This document shows positions 1 through 13,613 of a stretch of DNA of 64,000 nucleotides, one piece after another. Origin of the DNA: Mobula hypostoma (Eukaryota). The DNA lies in the NCBI RefSeq assembly GCF_963921235.1, contig NC_086097.1, positions 133,734,001-133,798,000 on the forward strand, in the 5' to 3' direction. A program made the translations under genes and the position numbers. The stretch's first letter is position 1. Every line of letters begins with the position of its first letter. The notes beneath the pieces were generated by a model. The model was not told the origin of the DNA, ran no database searches, and saw only the letters and a program-made list of their open reading frames with translations.

Positions 1-319
1 TACCACCTCTTGATGTCTTTGATGGTGGGGAGAGTTGTCCCTCTGGTGGACCTACAACCCTCTGCAGCCTCATGTGATCCCATGCCTCATATGAGGCTGT
101 GATGTAACCAACCAGAATGTTCTCCACTGTGCATCAGAGTGAACAACCTTCAATATTGGTTTATCTTTCCCCAAACAAGGAAGGACTGTGCGTAGTACTC
201 CAAATGCCATCTCATTGGTGCCTTGTACAGTGGAGTAAGACTTCTCTATTATTATAGAGCACCCTCTTGAAATAAGGCCAGCATACATTTAGCATTCCCG
301 ATTACCTGCTGCACTTGTA

Positions 320-1140
320 TCAGAATCAGACTCAGATTTAACATCACTGACGTATGTCGTGAAATTTGTTTACTTTATGGCAACAGAACAATGAAATAAA
401 TGATAAACAAACAGAGAAAAACAGAGTTACATTAAGAATATACATACTCATTGAAATAGTTAAAATAAGTAGTGCAAAAAATGAAACTAGAAGAGTACTG
501 AGGTAGTGTTTATGGGTTCAACACCCATTTCGAAATTGGATGGCAGAGGAGAAGAAGCTGTTTCTGAACCACTGAGTGTGTACCCTCAGGGTTCTGTACC
601 TCCTTTCCGATGTGAAAAGGGTAAGTCCTGGGTGGTGAGAATCCTTAATGATGGATGCCACCTTCCTAAGGCACCAATCCTTGAAGATACCTTGGATACT
701 AAGGAGGCTAGTACCTATCCATGATGGAGCTGACTAATTTTGCTAGTTTCTGTAACTTATTTTGATCTTACGCCATAGTTTCCCCTGCCTCCCCAACACC
801 AGATGGTAATGCAGCCAGTCAGAATGTTCACCACAGTACATTTGTAGTTTTTGTATGTTTTAGTTGAGAAAGCAAATCTCCTCGAACTCCTAAAGAAGTC
901 TAGCCATTGATTTTAACTTCTTTACAGCTGCATCAATATGTTGCATTCAGGTCAAGTCCTCAGAGATATTGACACCCAGGAACCTGAAATTGCTCATTCT
1001 CTCTACTTCTGATCCTTCCATGAGAATTGCTTTGTGTTCCCTCACCTTACCCTTCCTGAAGTCCACAACTAGCTCTTCAAACCTGCTGACATTGTGTGTA
1101 AGGTTATTGCTATGCCACCACTTAGTTAGCTGGTATATCT
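320..1140 (-). mobile_element. Rex1/Babar-like LINE, degraded 3' fragment
   Basis: Minus ORF 947-1150 (HNNLTHNVSRFEELVVDFRK...VERMSNFRFLGVNISEDL) matches the RT thumb region seen in other Rex copies here. The (GATTCT)n-like tail reads as atcagaatcagactcag on plus at about 320. Confidence 0.8.
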
Positions 1141-1509
1141 GCGCCACCACTCAACTAACTGGTATATCTCACTTTCTATATGTCATGCACCCCAATCCCT
1201 TTGTGCCACACCTTTTTGCATTTAACTAATAATCTGTTTCATGTTCTTTCAGTCCAAATGTACAGATTCACATATTCCAATGTTGTAATCCACCTGCTAA
1301 CTTTTTACCCTTGCTCATAACCTATCAATATCTCTAAATTGTTTCTGCCTCCCCACTTACACTGGTATCTCCTCCAAGTTTAACCATGATATTTGCTTCC
1401 TTCCTCTACATTTTTAATATCCATTTTAACTGGCTGTGATTTCAATAGTGATCTCCATTATAGCTCAACATTTACAAGCTGCCAACCCAAAAAGAATCCC
1501 TTTATCAAT

Positions 1510-1870
1510 TACTGATCTGTTGAAGGAATTCAGTGGATCAAGTGGCATCCGTGGGAGGAAGGAATTGTAGATATTCCAGGTCAAAACCCTGTATCAGGAC
1601 TGAGTGGAAAGGTAAGATAGCCAGCATAAAGGAAGGGGAGGGACAAGAAAGGATTCAAAGACAATTGGTGGAGTGAATGAGATGGTGGGCAGATAGTGCC
1701 AGGTAGGGAAGGTAAGCAGGGGTGGAACAGGTTAACAACAGATAGAGGCAGACAGAGAGAGGAAATGGGGAAAACAGATGGAGCAAAGTGAACAGGGAAA
1801 GAACCCCTTTATACCAGCTCCACAGGGAGAAGGAAGAAGAATGGAGACAAGAGGGATACTACTTCTGCCA
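1510..1870 (-). mobile_element. Old Penelope pLTR-like remnant with decayed hammerhead motif
   Basis: Reverse complement of about 1570-1603 reads ctcagtcctgatacagggttttgacctggaatatc, a decayed version of the motif at 18007. A purine-rich tract follows, as in other pLTR copies. Confidence 0.5.
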
Positions 1871-1944
1871 TGTTGGAATGGCAAAGCAGACTCAATGGAG
1901 GTGGAGGAGAAGAGAATGTATGGGAGGAGATGGGTCTTTTATAA

Positions 1945-2325
1945 TTTGACAAAGGAGCTGGTTGTGGACTACAGGAGGAATGAAGATAGGCTAACCCTTA
2001 TTGACATTAATGGATCTGGGGTTGAGAGGGTGAACAGCTTTAAGTTCCTCAGTATACAGCTGATACCATCCAGGAAGCGGTACCGCAGCATAAAAGCCAG
2101 GGCCAACAGGCTCCAGGACAGCTTCTTCCACCAGGCGATCACACTGATTAATTCATGCCGATACTATTTTACTTCTATGTTATATTGACTGTCCTGTTGT
2201 ACATACTATTTATTACAAATTACTATAAATTGCACATTTAGACAGAGACGTAACGTAAAGATTTTTACTCCTCATGTATGTGAAGGAGGTAAGAAATAAA
2301 GTCAATTCAACTCAATTCAATTCAA
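1945..2325 (+). mobile_element. Rex1/Babar-like 3' fragment with internal deletion
   Basis: TKELVVDYRR...VERVNSFKFL is joined directly to QLIPSRKRYRSIKARANRLQDSFF (ORF C-terminus). It ends in a 3' stem-loop, AATAAA and a (CAATT)n tail. Confidence 0.75.
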
Positions 2326-2709
2326 AATCTTGTGATTACCATTCCTGAAGCCAGAATCTTGTAAAAATCTCAATCTTCTAAATCCTATTGCTTCTCTGGT
2401 ATAATTTGAACTTTTGACTCGCAGTCTACCCTGTCATGACCCTTACTGCTTTTCTGATTTCTAACTGTCACACTATATTCTGTTTTCGCTTTTCCTTTTG
2501 TGCCACCTCAATGTATTTGTTTTGAAATGTGCTGTATGGATGGCACGCAGACCCATTTTTCACTATATTTTGTTATATTTAACAATAATAAACCAATTAC
2601 TGAATGGCTATAGAATCTAACCAGCTTACTAATGCCCTTTGGGAGGAGAAAATACTGCCATCCATAGCTAATCTGGACTAAATTTGACCCAGAGTAAAGT
2701 GGATAGCAC

Positions 2710-4400
2710 AAAGATCAGCACAGGACCAGTCCCGTTTGCCCACAATGCTGTGCTGAACTAATTACATTAATCCCTTCTGCCTAGCAATGTCCATATCTTC
2801 CATTTCCTAGAAATTCATGTGCCCAACAGCCTTTTGAACACCTCTATCATGTTCTCCTCCAGAACCACCCCAGGCAGTGTATTCCAGGCACACAGCTCTT
2901 GAAAAAAATATTTCACTGCATATCTGTCTCTCACATTAAATGCTTGCTCTCTAGTTTTAGAAATTTCAACCCTGGGTAAAAGTCGTTAGTTACCTACAAT
3001 ATTTATGTTTCTCAATCTTCAAACCTCTATCAGATCTCCTCTCTGCTTTTGCCACTCACGAGAAACATCCAAAGGTTGTCCAACCTCTCTGTAAAGCATA
3101 TGCCCCAATCCAGGCAGTATCCTGGTAAACATTTGCATCCAAAGCCTCCACATCACTACTATAAAGGGGTTACCAGAACTGAATGCAATACTGCAGATAA
3201 AGCCTAACTAGGGTTTTATAAAGCTGCTACTTCACAACCATTAGACTGATTTATAACTGACCTATATCCCACTGTATGTTTGCCAGTCCCTTATGCTATC
3301 TACAACACCGACAAACTTCATATCTGCAAACCGACTAACTCATTCATCCACATTTTCATCCAGGTTACAGACTTCCATACAGAATAAGTCCCATCACAGC
3401 TGCCTTCTGTCTTCTATGAGTGAGCCAATTCTGAATGCAAATGGCCACTTCACCATGCATTCCTTCCCTCTTAATCTTCTGGATGAGCCTCCCATGAAGG
3501 ACTATGGCAAGTACATTAAAATCCACATTGAAAATATCCACATGTCACCCTCGTCACCTCCTCTACTTTCATCATTCACCTTCATCACCTCTTCAAAAAG
3601 CTCAACCAAGTTGAGTTGTCATGACTTGCCTTGCACAACACCATGTTGACTGCCCCTAATTAGGCCAAGATTTTCCAAATGCTCACAAATCCTACGCCCA
3701 AGGATCTTCTTCAATTAATTCTCTGCCACTGATGCACGACCTATTGATCCATAGTTTCCAGGATTACTCTCATTTCCCTTCTTGCATAATGGAACAATAT
3801 TAGCGTCTCAGTCCTCCAGGACCTGTCTGTGGCTAGCGAGGATATGAAGATATATATCAGGCCTCAGCAATCTCATCTCTTGCACTCCTCAATAATCTCT
3901 GGTATATCTCATCAGGCCTTGGGGACTTATCTACCTTAATGTTGTTTAGGAGACCCAGCACTGCATCCTTCATCTCAAAAAGCTCTAGCAAATTAGTATG
4001 CTCCACACTGATGTTTCTCTATCTGACACATCTTTCTCCTAGGTAAATACTGATGCAAGGTACTCAATTGGGAACTCACCTAAATCCTCTGTCTCCTAGC
4101 ACATGTTCCCTCCTTATCCTTGAGTGGTCCTACCTGCTCTTTAGTTGTCCTCTTGCTCTTGATGCACAGAATACTTAGGATTCTTTCATCATACTTGCCA
4201 AGGACTTTTCATGTCCTCTCCCGGCTTTTCTAGTTCTCTTCTTGAATTCCTTTTTGGCTTCTTTATAATTTCAAGGGCTTTGCTTGATTTTAGGTTCCTA
4301 AGCATTACGTGTTCCCCTTTATGCCTTCATTAAATAGTCTATGACTATTTATGCCTTCATTAAATTCACCACCTCTCTCAGCATCCAGAGTTCCCACACC
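2710..4400 (-). mobile_element. CR1 LINE, degraded 3' half
   Basis: Antisense CR1 3' end (gcccacaatgctgtgctgaac) followed by decayed antisense RT sequence resembling 54720-56500. Confidence 0.7.
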
Positions 4401-4444
4401 CGCACTTGGCAAAATCCAATCACCTGGCTACACATCTACTCCAG

Positions 4445-4655
4445 GCATACATGCAGAGATTAAAGATGACTATGGAGGCCAAGTTATTGAATATATTTAA
4501 AAATGGAGGTGCTAGGTTCTTGATTAGTTGAGATGTCAAAGATACGAGGAGAAGGCAGGAGAATGGAGTTGAGAGGAAAAATAAATCAGCCATGATGGAA
4601 TGATGGAGCAGACATGATGGGCCATATGGCTTAGTTCAGCTTAATCTTTGCACAA
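4445..4655 (+). mobile_element. CR1 3' tail fragment
   Basis: tcagccatgatggaatgatggagcagac...atggcttagttcagc, homologous to the tails at 19090-19150 and 62035-62100. Confidence 0.7.
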
Positions 4656-4679
4656 TTCAAAACAGTGCAGTCAAAACCA

Positions 4680-7240
4680 GGATGAAATACATCAGTACAC
4701 TTTCAATAGGCTTAGAGGGGTCTTTTAAAGTTAGAGGAGGTGGAGTATGCTTTAGGATTAACTCATTGTGGTGCACCAACGTGGAATTTCTGTCTGAGTC
4801 CTGCACACACGACTTAGAACGTCTAGCCATCAAATGTCGTCCACTTTTTCTGCCGAGGGATTTTTCCGCCATCCTCCTGGTTGGGCATTCCACCTCAGGC
4901 CAACGTCAGGCAGGCACCTGAAGAGCTGAGGTCCGTGACCAGCAAGCACAAAGCAACACACCCTGATGCCTTCCCTATCATTGCACGGTATTTCAGCCAG
5001 GCCAGCTTGAAGAAGACTGAACAACTACCACCAACGCATCACCTATGGAAGAAGAGAAGCCAACACACTTGACCACTGTTATACCACCATCAAGAACGCT
5101 TACTATGGCACTACACACCCACAATATGGGAAGTCCAATCACCTGGCTGTACTTCTACTCCCAGCGTATAGGCAGTGAGTAAAGACTGCAGCACCAGTGG
5201 TAAGGACCAAGAAGGTATGGTCAAGGGAGGCAGAGGAGCACTTACAGGACTGCTTTGATTTGGTGGACTGGACAATATTCATGCATTCATCTTCAAATCT
5301 GAATGAATATGCCACAGTTGACACAGACTTCAGGACCTGTGTGGATAAGTGTGTGCCTTTGAGAACATACCAGCCATACCCAAAACAAAATCCACGGGTG
5401 AACTGGAAAATTTGTAGTCTGCTGAGGGCTAGATCTGTGGCATTCAAGACTAGTGATCCAGAACTATACAAGAAATCCAGGTACGACCTACGATAGGCTA
5501 TTTTTTAAAAAAAACAATTTTGATTGAAGTTAGAGACAGAATTGGATGCAGATCAGCTCTGGCACTTTGCAGGCCATTGCTTCCGACAAAGCCTGAGTGG
5601 CTGTGAAGCTTCGTTTCCAGATGAGCTCAATACCTCTTTTGCACGCTTTGAAAGGGAGAATAAAGCTACACCTGTGCAAATCCCTGCAGCATCTGGTTAC
5701 CCTGTGATCTCTGTCTTGGAGGCCAATATCAGAACAGCTTTCAAGAGGGTAAACTCCTGCAAGGTTCAGGCCCTGATGGTGTACCTGGTAGTGTACTGAA
5801 AACCTGTGCCAACCAACTGGCAGGAGTGTTCAAGGACATCTTCAATCTCTCACTGCCGCAGATGGAGGTTCCATCTGATTCAAATGAGTGTCAATTATAC
5901 CAGTGCTCAAGAAGAACAGGGTGAGCTGCCTTAACAACTCTCAGCAGTTGCACTCACATCTACTGCGATGAAGTGCTTTGAGAAGTTAGTCATGGCTAAA
6001 ATCAACTTCTGCCTGAGGGAGGACCTGAACCTGCTGCAATTTGCCTATTGCACAATAAGTCTACAGCAGATGCAATCTCACTGGCTTGCCACTCGGCCTT
6101 GGATCACCTGGACAACAGTAATACCTACATCAGGCCACTGTTTATTGATTACAACTCAGTGTCCAACACAATCATACCCTTGGTTCTAAACAAGCTCCAA
6201 AACATTGGCATTTTTATCTCCCTCTGCAACTTGATCCTTCACTTCCTCACCTGGAGACCATAGTCAGTGCGGATCAGAACTAACATCTCCTCTCACTGAC
6301 AATCAACACTGGCACACTGATCTACTCTCTGGTGACCCATGACTGTGTGGCTAGGCACATTTCAAACACTATCTATAAATATGCTGATGACAATTATTGT
6401 TGGCCAAATTTCAGATGGTAACGAGGAGGCGTACCGATATGAGACAGATCTGCTGTTTGAGTAGTGTCAGAACAACATCTTTGTACTCAACATCTGCAAG
6501 ACCAAGGATTAGATTAAGGACTTCAGGATGAGGAAGCTGAGGGAACACACACACCAGTACCTATCAAGGGATCAGCAGTGGAAAGGATGAGCAGTTTCAA
6601 GTTCTTGGGTTTCAACATCTCTGAAGATCTATCCTGGGCTCAATATATTGGTGCAATTACAAAGAAGGCACAAGAGCAGCTGTGTTTCATTTGAATTTGA
6701 GGAGACTTGGTCTGTCACCGTAACCCCTGACAAATTTCTACTGATGTACTGCAGAGAGTATTCTAACTGGTTGCATCACTGTCTGGTATGGAAGAGCCAC
6801 CTCACAGGATTAGAAAAAGCTGCAGAAAGTTGTAACCTCAGCCACCTCCATCATGGGCACAAACCTCCCCAGCATGGAGGTCACATTCAAAGGGCAATGC
6901 CTCTGAAAGATGGCATCCGTTATTAATGACCCTCATCACCCAGGACATGCCCTCTGCTCATTGCTACCATCAACGAGGAGGTACAAGAGTCAGTGTAGGC
7001 ACACATTCAACAGTTCAGGAACAGCTTCTTCCCCTCCATCATATTTCTGAATGGACAATGAACCCATGTATACTACCTTACTATCTTGTTCTCTCTCCCC
7101 ACTCTTTTTTGCACTGCTTATTTTTAATAGACATTTCTTAGTGTATGTTTTATTATTATGTATTGCAATGTACTACTACTGCCACAAAAGAAGCTAATTT
7201 CACAACATATTCCAGTGATATTAAACCCAATTCTGGTATC
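4680..7240 (+). mobile_element. Rex1/Babar-like LINE pseudogene (APE endonuclease + RT, many stops and frameshifts)
   Basis: APE-like RGGGVCFRINSLWC...CRPLFLPRDFS; KVWSREAEEHLQDCF; RT motifs MKCFEKLV, LQFAY, STADAI, LFIDYNS; YADD codons (tatgctgatgac) at about 6380; tail at about 7225. Confidence 0.9.
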
Positions 7241-7244
7241 TGTT

Positions 7245-7960
7245 CCTCAATATCCTGGGTGGCTATTTCAAGGGAAGCAGTCTGTAATGGGGGTCACCTT
7301 TCTTATTTTTGAATTCTACCCATATAGACTAAATGGATGAGACCACAATTATCACAGCTGCACTCTACGGGCACATATTGTCCCCTATTGTTAGCACAAC
7401 TCCCCTTCCCTCTCTTACCTTGTTTTCTATCTTTTCTAGAACATCAAAACCCTAGAACATAAAGTATCCATTCCTGTCCCTCTCCTCCACAATTCTTATG
7501 GCCACAGCTTCATGTACTGAGCTGTGCATGAGGTTCACCATCCATATCTATGATACTTCTAGCTTTAAACTACATATAATTCAACCCTTTTCACTATGCC
7601 ATGTCTATTAGCCTGCTCCTGCCTATTCTTCCTAGTCATGACATCTAACTTCCTTCCTTACTTCCTCTCAGTCCTTTTCTCTGACCTGAATCTCTGGCTC
7701 CCATCTCTCCACCCAACTAATTTAAACCCTCCCGTGTAGCACTAAATGAACCTCCCAGCCAGGATAATGGTTCCCCTCCAGTTAATGTACAACCTGTTCC
7801 CCTTCTATGGGTCAGCCCTTCCACAGTCATTCATTATCCTGAAACCTTGCCCCCTGCACCAGTTCCTCAGCTTTTCATTATTTTCTCATTCTATTCCTGC
7901 CCTGAAGAGCACCTGGCACCAGGAATAATCCAGAGTTTATTATCTTCAAGGTTCTGCTTT
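7245..7960 (-). mobile_element. CR1 5' region (ORF1/APE boundary), degraded; possibly continuous with 2710-4400
   Basis: Collinear similarity to 57600-58300, e.g. actaatttaaaccctcccgtgtagcactaaatgaacctcccagccaggat. Confidence 0.55.
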
Positions 7961-8254
7961 GCAATCTCTTTCTCTTCTCACTGCATTGGGCCTCAACCCT
8001 TTAACCCAACCACTCCACTTGATGCTATTGTATTTTTATTGGCTGCTGTTAATTAGCTAATTAACTATCAACCAACAATTTGCAAATGTGTCGGTTTTAG
8101 AGTCCTGTTAAATGAAACTCAGCAGAGAGTCCCAAGACCTACCACTTTTAAATTCTCACCCCTCTCACTCCAAGTCCCAGCTCTTGTTATATTAAACTCC
8201 TGACTGACTCTTAACTACCTGCTGAAATAATCCATCTTCACTGCTTCTCTGTCC

Positions 8255-8355
8255 TACCACCACCTCCTTCTCAAGGACATTTAGCAATGGGCAGTAACAA
8301 TTGGGATTGCTCACGGCATCCAACCCCTAAAGAATGAATAAAGACTGTAAAAAAA
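8255..8355 (+). mobile_element. Old LINE/SINE 3' tail of the type shared with Deu-domain SINEs
   Basis: caccacctccttctcaaggacatttagcaatgggcagtaa...gaatgaataaa. Related copies lie at about 12290-12440 (-), 15960-16110 (-), 36545-36790 (-) and 61000-61095 (+). Family assignment is from memory. Confidence 0.5.
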
Positions 8356-9049
8356 AGCTTGTGTTTGTATCTCTGAAGTGAGATTCAAACCCCCACAACC
8401 TTTGGGACTCATCACCAAATGTTCTACCGCAACTGACATAGCCAAGAGGTAGCATATAAAAGATTTTGTGCAACTGAAACTAACAAATTTATGGGAGAAT
8501 GGAGGCATTTTAAAATTGCTTTTTAGGATGAGTTGAAGCTGATTAAAAAAAACTGCAAAGAATGACATTTAAGATGATAAGACTCTAGTAATTCATGAAT
8601 AATGGCCATGAAGTGCATGTATTACAATTTGAGGTGGTAAAAGATGGGATCATTAACTTGCCTTTTAAGTGTGCTGCATGTGTATGGATTGCAGAACTAC
8701 CCACTTACATTCACTGCTTTTATTATTATTTACTTCACCCATTAAGGTTCCCCACATTAAAAAAATTGAGAAAAGTAATTTGCCTTGAAATAACAATATC
8801 CGTCCATATGATTTCCACAACTTACAGACTTAAATGGATTATATTAGTCCTTGTGGTATCATGATGCTCATTACTGTGATACTGTATATTATAAGCTCCA
8901 GATTGATAAAGAGTGCTATTTAATAAAATATGTTTCCTGTAAAGGCGGAAGTGAATAATTGTTTTTTTGTCAATTTCTTTGCTTCATTGTTTAGCCAGAT
9001 GTTGATCCCAAGGCTATGCACAGCATAGAACACCAGAGCTATAAAAGAG

Positions 9050-9560
9050 CATGCAAGCGTACAAAGTAGGAGTGAGAGTAGGACGTTAGGCCACTCAAAC
9101 TTCTATGAGATCATGGCTGACCTGACTGTAACCTCAATTCGGCATTCCTCTCTACTCATGATAACCGTGCACTCCTTTACTCATCAGGACTCAATATACT
9201 TCTTCCTTAGAAATAGTCAGAGCCTCTACTTCTACTGTCCTTTGGAAAGAGAGTTACAGAGACCCATGATTCTTTGAGCCTCAAGACTTGGGGTAGTAGA
9301 TTTAGGATGGAGATGAGTAGGAACTGCTTTTCAAACAAAATAGTGAATCTGTGGAATTCTTTGCCAAGGAGGCAGTAGAGGCTACCTCATTAAATATATT
9401 TTAGGCAGGGTTAGATAGATTTTTGCATAGTAGGGGAATTAAGGATTATGAGGAAAGGCAGATAGGTGGAGCTGAGTCCAGGGCAATGTTTGTATTGAAA
9501 TGTAGAATGGGCTTGATAGGACAGATAGCCTACTCCTGCTTCAATTTCTTATTTTCTTTG
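9050..9560. mobile_element. Two CR1 3' fragments in opposite orientation
   Basis: Antisense tail at about 9050-9275 abuts a sense 3' end at about 9278-9555 (gtgaatctgtggaattct...gcctactcctgct). Confidence 0.65.
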
Positions 9561-9652
9561 GCATTGGTCATTTTCCCTCTGCACTGTAAGTCCTAATCCA
9601 AGGACTCAATCTGAAACATTAACAATTCTTTTCCCCCAATTTATGCTGTCTG

Positions 9653-10753
9653 TGTCATGGGGGGGGGGCGCGTTGAAGGCGGCCCAAAATGCAAGACACA
9701 GACACTGAAGTACTAGGAACAGGACAGGACTAGAGACTAGAGTTAGGGACGTGACTGGATGCAGACTAGGAGCTGGGACAAGAACACAGACTTGGGCTAG
9801 GACATTGGCTAGGCAAGCAGGACCAGGACGAGGAACTGGGAACTAGGGGCATGGGCTTGGACTCCGAACCAGAGACTGGACAAGGACCCAGAACCTGGGT
9901 CTTGACTCGGGCTCAGTCTCCGGAACTAGCCGAAGACATGACGTGGTCTTGGGAGACAGGACGAGGCAAGGCTACAGGACAGAACGAGAGACTCCTGGGC
10001 AAGACGAGGGAACTCCAGCACAGGCCGAGGAACATGGACAGGACGAGAACACGAAGCCTTGGCTTAGTGGAGGAAGAGACAGGAACGCAGAGACATGGAA
10101 CACAGAGCCAGGACCCCTCCTTGGGAACAGAACTTGGGGCTGGGGCTCTATACAGAGTCAGGACCCCTCCTAGGGAGCAGGACATAGGGCCAGTACTCAT
10201 ACACAGAACACAGAGAGACAGTTCCCAACACAAGGTAGCGGCAAACAGCCAGACCTACCTAACGAAGGCGTGGACACAGAGACAGTTCCCAACACAAGGT
10301 AGCGGCAAATGGCCAGACCTACCTAGCGAAGGCATGGACACAGAGAAGGATCCCAACACTAGGTAGCTTCAAACGGCCAGACCTACCTACCAAAGGCATG
10401 GATAGAGACAGTTCAAAACAACAATAGACAGTTCCTATCTTGCTCCAGCAGTTGAACTTGACAGCAGTGCAGGCAAAGGTTGCAGGCAAGGGTTCCAGGC
10501 CAGGCGAGGTAAGGTTTCAGACACTGGTTGCAGGGCAAGACTTCAGGAGGAAGGGGCAGAGAAGGGATTCAGACAGGAACAATCCAGCAACTGAAGCTGA
10601 GCCCAGGAGCTATTTATGTAGCAGCCCAAAATAAGAATCATGTGCTTCAATTAAGGCACACAACAGGACAAGGGAAAACCGGAAAACCTGGAGTATGGAT
10701 CGATGGACCGGACCGTGAACCGGAATGTGAACTTCACGGACCAGATCATGACA
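9653..10753 (-). mobile_element. Solo LTR (Gypsy-like), family A copy 1
   Basis: TGTCATG...CATGACA termini with near-TSD gtctg/gtttg. Minus-strand TATA-like ATAAATA at about 10611-10617. Internal 64 bp repeats. Homologous to 29880-31336 and inserted inside a pLTR remnant. Confidence 0.8.
10215..10415. repeat. 64 bp tandem repeat, about 3 copies, inside LTR
   Basis: Unit gacagttcccaacacaaggtagcggcaaacagccagacctacctagcgaaggcgtggacacaga repeated directly. Confidence 0.85.
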
Positions 10754-11686
10754 GTTTGAGCTGCTGAATTCCTCCGGAAATCCATCTATTGCTCCAGATT
10801 CCAGCATCTGAAGTCCCTTATGCATCTGTTACTCTACTTCGTTCAAGTTAAAATTTATTGACATTCAACCATATACATGTATACCACCAGAACGAAACAA
10901 TGTTCCTTCAGACAAGGTGCACAACACAGTACATATAACTCACAACACTTGAAGTAATATTACCTCAAATAAATTTGCAAATGTTACTTCTTTAATAATA
11001 CACCATCTTCCATGAAAGTTGCTCCAAGGAATCTACTATTTGTGTGTCCAGTTGCCAATTTTCACGCATTGGATTAATACTACGAACTGCTGTTATCATT
11101 CCTTTTACCTCTCCTTACTGATTTCCATTCCATCTCCATATCATTATTCCTTGTGGAAATTAGCAAGGAATTTATTTTACAAAAATTAATCATTTTAATC
11201 CATTGATACATTAGCTCAATTAGTTTCAAATGAAGATGTATAGTGATTAACCCCAAAAAAATTAACATGCGGAAGAGCTGTGCAGTAATGATGAAATGAC
11301 CTGAAATTGACACAGATCTATTTTGGAGAGGCAGACTTAGCTCGGGAGGGAGAAGGAATTAAAATTCAAGTGGGGTGAAAGAATGAGGGAGGAGCCTTGT
11401 ATATAAAGTCAGTACAGATGGGTTTGACTGAATAGACTGCGACAGTAACCTGAAAGTGCTGAGGGAGAAGCAGTGGGTATTTTGGAAACTGCATCCCTTA
11501 GTCGGAACAGAGAAAGAGAGAAATACAGGTTAGTTTTTATTAGGAGACAATGTAGGGAGAGATATAGAACAAAGAGAATACCTGCGATAAGACTGTTATC
11601 TTTCCACAGATGCTGGCTGACCAGTTGAGCTCTTTTAGTATTTTCTGCTTCTTTTTTCAGATTTTGATTTTCTTTGGGAATATCAA

Positions 11687-12282
11687 GTAATGTTACAGCT
11701 ATATGGTAATGTTACAGCTATATAGACCCCTGGTCAGACCCCACTTGGAGTACTGTGTTCAGCTCTGGTCACCTCACTACAGGAAGCATGTGGAAACTAC
11801 AGAAAGAGTGCAGAGGAGATTTACAAGGATGTTGCCTGGATTGGCGAGTGTGCCTTATGAGAATAGATTGAGTGAACTTGGCCTTTTCTCCTTGGAGTGA
11901 CGAAGGATGAGAGGTGACTGGATAGAGGTGTATAAGATGATGAGAGGAATTGATTACGTGGATAGTCAGAGACTTTTTCCCCAGAGCTGAAATGGCTAAC
12001 ACAAGAGGACACAGTTTTAAGGTTCTTGGAAGCAGGTACAGAGGAGATGACAGGGGTAAGTTTTTTTACGAAGAGAGTGGTGAGTGCGTGGAATGGGCTG
12101 CTAGCGATCGTGGTGGAGGCAGATACATTAGGATCCTTTAAGAGACTCCTGGATAGGTACATGGAGCTTAGAAAAATAGAGGGCTATAGGTAACCTGAGG
12201 TAATTTCTAAAGTAAGTACATTTTCAGCACAGCATTGTGGGCCAAACGGCCTGCATTGTTTGTAGGTTTTCTATGTTTCTAT
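11687..12282 (+). mobile_element. CR1 LINE 3' fragment
   Basis: VMLQLYRPLVRPHLEYCVQLWSPHYRK...ERVQRRFTRMLPGL, ending in a (TTTCTATG)n tail. Confidence 0.92.
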
Positions 12283-13613
12283 CAGGATTTACATGCCCAT
12301 CCCTAATTGACTGTGAGAAGGCGGTGGTAAGCTACTTCCTTTCACCACTGTAACATGTAGTGATGAGACTCCCATGGTACTTCTGAGTGGGGAGCTCTGT
12401 GATTTAGACTTAGCTACAATGAAGGAAAAGTGCTATATTATGAAATTAGAAAGGTATGTAATTTATTGGGAAACATTCAAATTGTGGTGATGTAATAAAT
12501 GAGTAAACAAAAGACGGTTCAGGGAGAGGTGAGGGGATGGAAATAGCAGAATGATGACCTAAAGATGTTGAACACAGTTCTGCTTTTAGAAAACTGTAGT
12601 GTGAATAATTGAAAGAGGAGGTGCTGTTCTTCAAGCTTACAACGGTGAAGAAGGTCACCTGTAGACATTGGGAATGGGGTCAAGAATTAGTGGCAGGTGA
12701 TTAGAAATTTGAGTTTCATCCTAATGGCATTCCACCAGGTAGCTACCCAACCTGCATTTGGCCATTCCAAAGCAGAGGGGAAATTAGCATGGGCAATGAA
12801 TGTGGTGAGTACTCCATGCTGAAAGAAGCATAACTGAAACGCTGTCTTGTGTGGGGAATATGTCTGGAGTCCAGCACAGTGTGCAGGAGTGATAAAGATT
12901 TAGGCAAACACTTGATCAACATACACAAATGAGTAAACTTGGATGCACATACTTTTTGGACAGATGTTTTCAGTTTAGCAATACATAAGTTCAGATAATT
13001 AAACAATGGAGGAAATGTAGACAATATTTCCATTAAAAGTACATTTAGCATATTGAGATTGTACATCAAAAACATAGGATAAGGGAACAATGGACACAGT
13101 GAGATTCTCATCAGTTATATATTTGCAATTGGCCAAACTAGTTAAACATACTCACAACAAAACAGACACTTAACAAAGTTCTTTTGCCTAGTTTTATATT
13201 TATTGTTCTCGTAGTACCCTCAAAGATTATTTTCTCTTTGATTTTGTTTAGTGCTATTTTGTTGGAGTTTGGATTCATATCTATTTCTGCTGTTAGCTTA
13301 TTGATTTTGTTTTGGATGCTATGTGCATTTTAGGTATACTTGTAATGTTGCCTTTTTACCTCCTCCCCTTTGATTAAACATATCTGTTTTTTCTATCTAC
13401 TTCTCACTTTCTTCCCTTGTCTTCCTCTTTTGTTTCAATATTTGTTTCCCTCTCATGGACTCTAGCCAATCCTCCACCATATTTGGCACTAGCACCAGGA
13501 GGCAACCTTTCATCCTGGAATTCCTAAACACTTCTAGATACTCTAGCTTATCTACAAATACGTATACCCAGATCCTTTTATTCTTCTGTGATTATACTGC
13601 ACACGTGTATATA

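Noticed and set aside
9851-10366. 171 aa ORF (and 117 aa ORF at 30244-30597) in LTR family A
   Set aside because: Low-complexity purine-rich repeat sequence; reading frames are only partly shared between copies and there is no recognisable domain.
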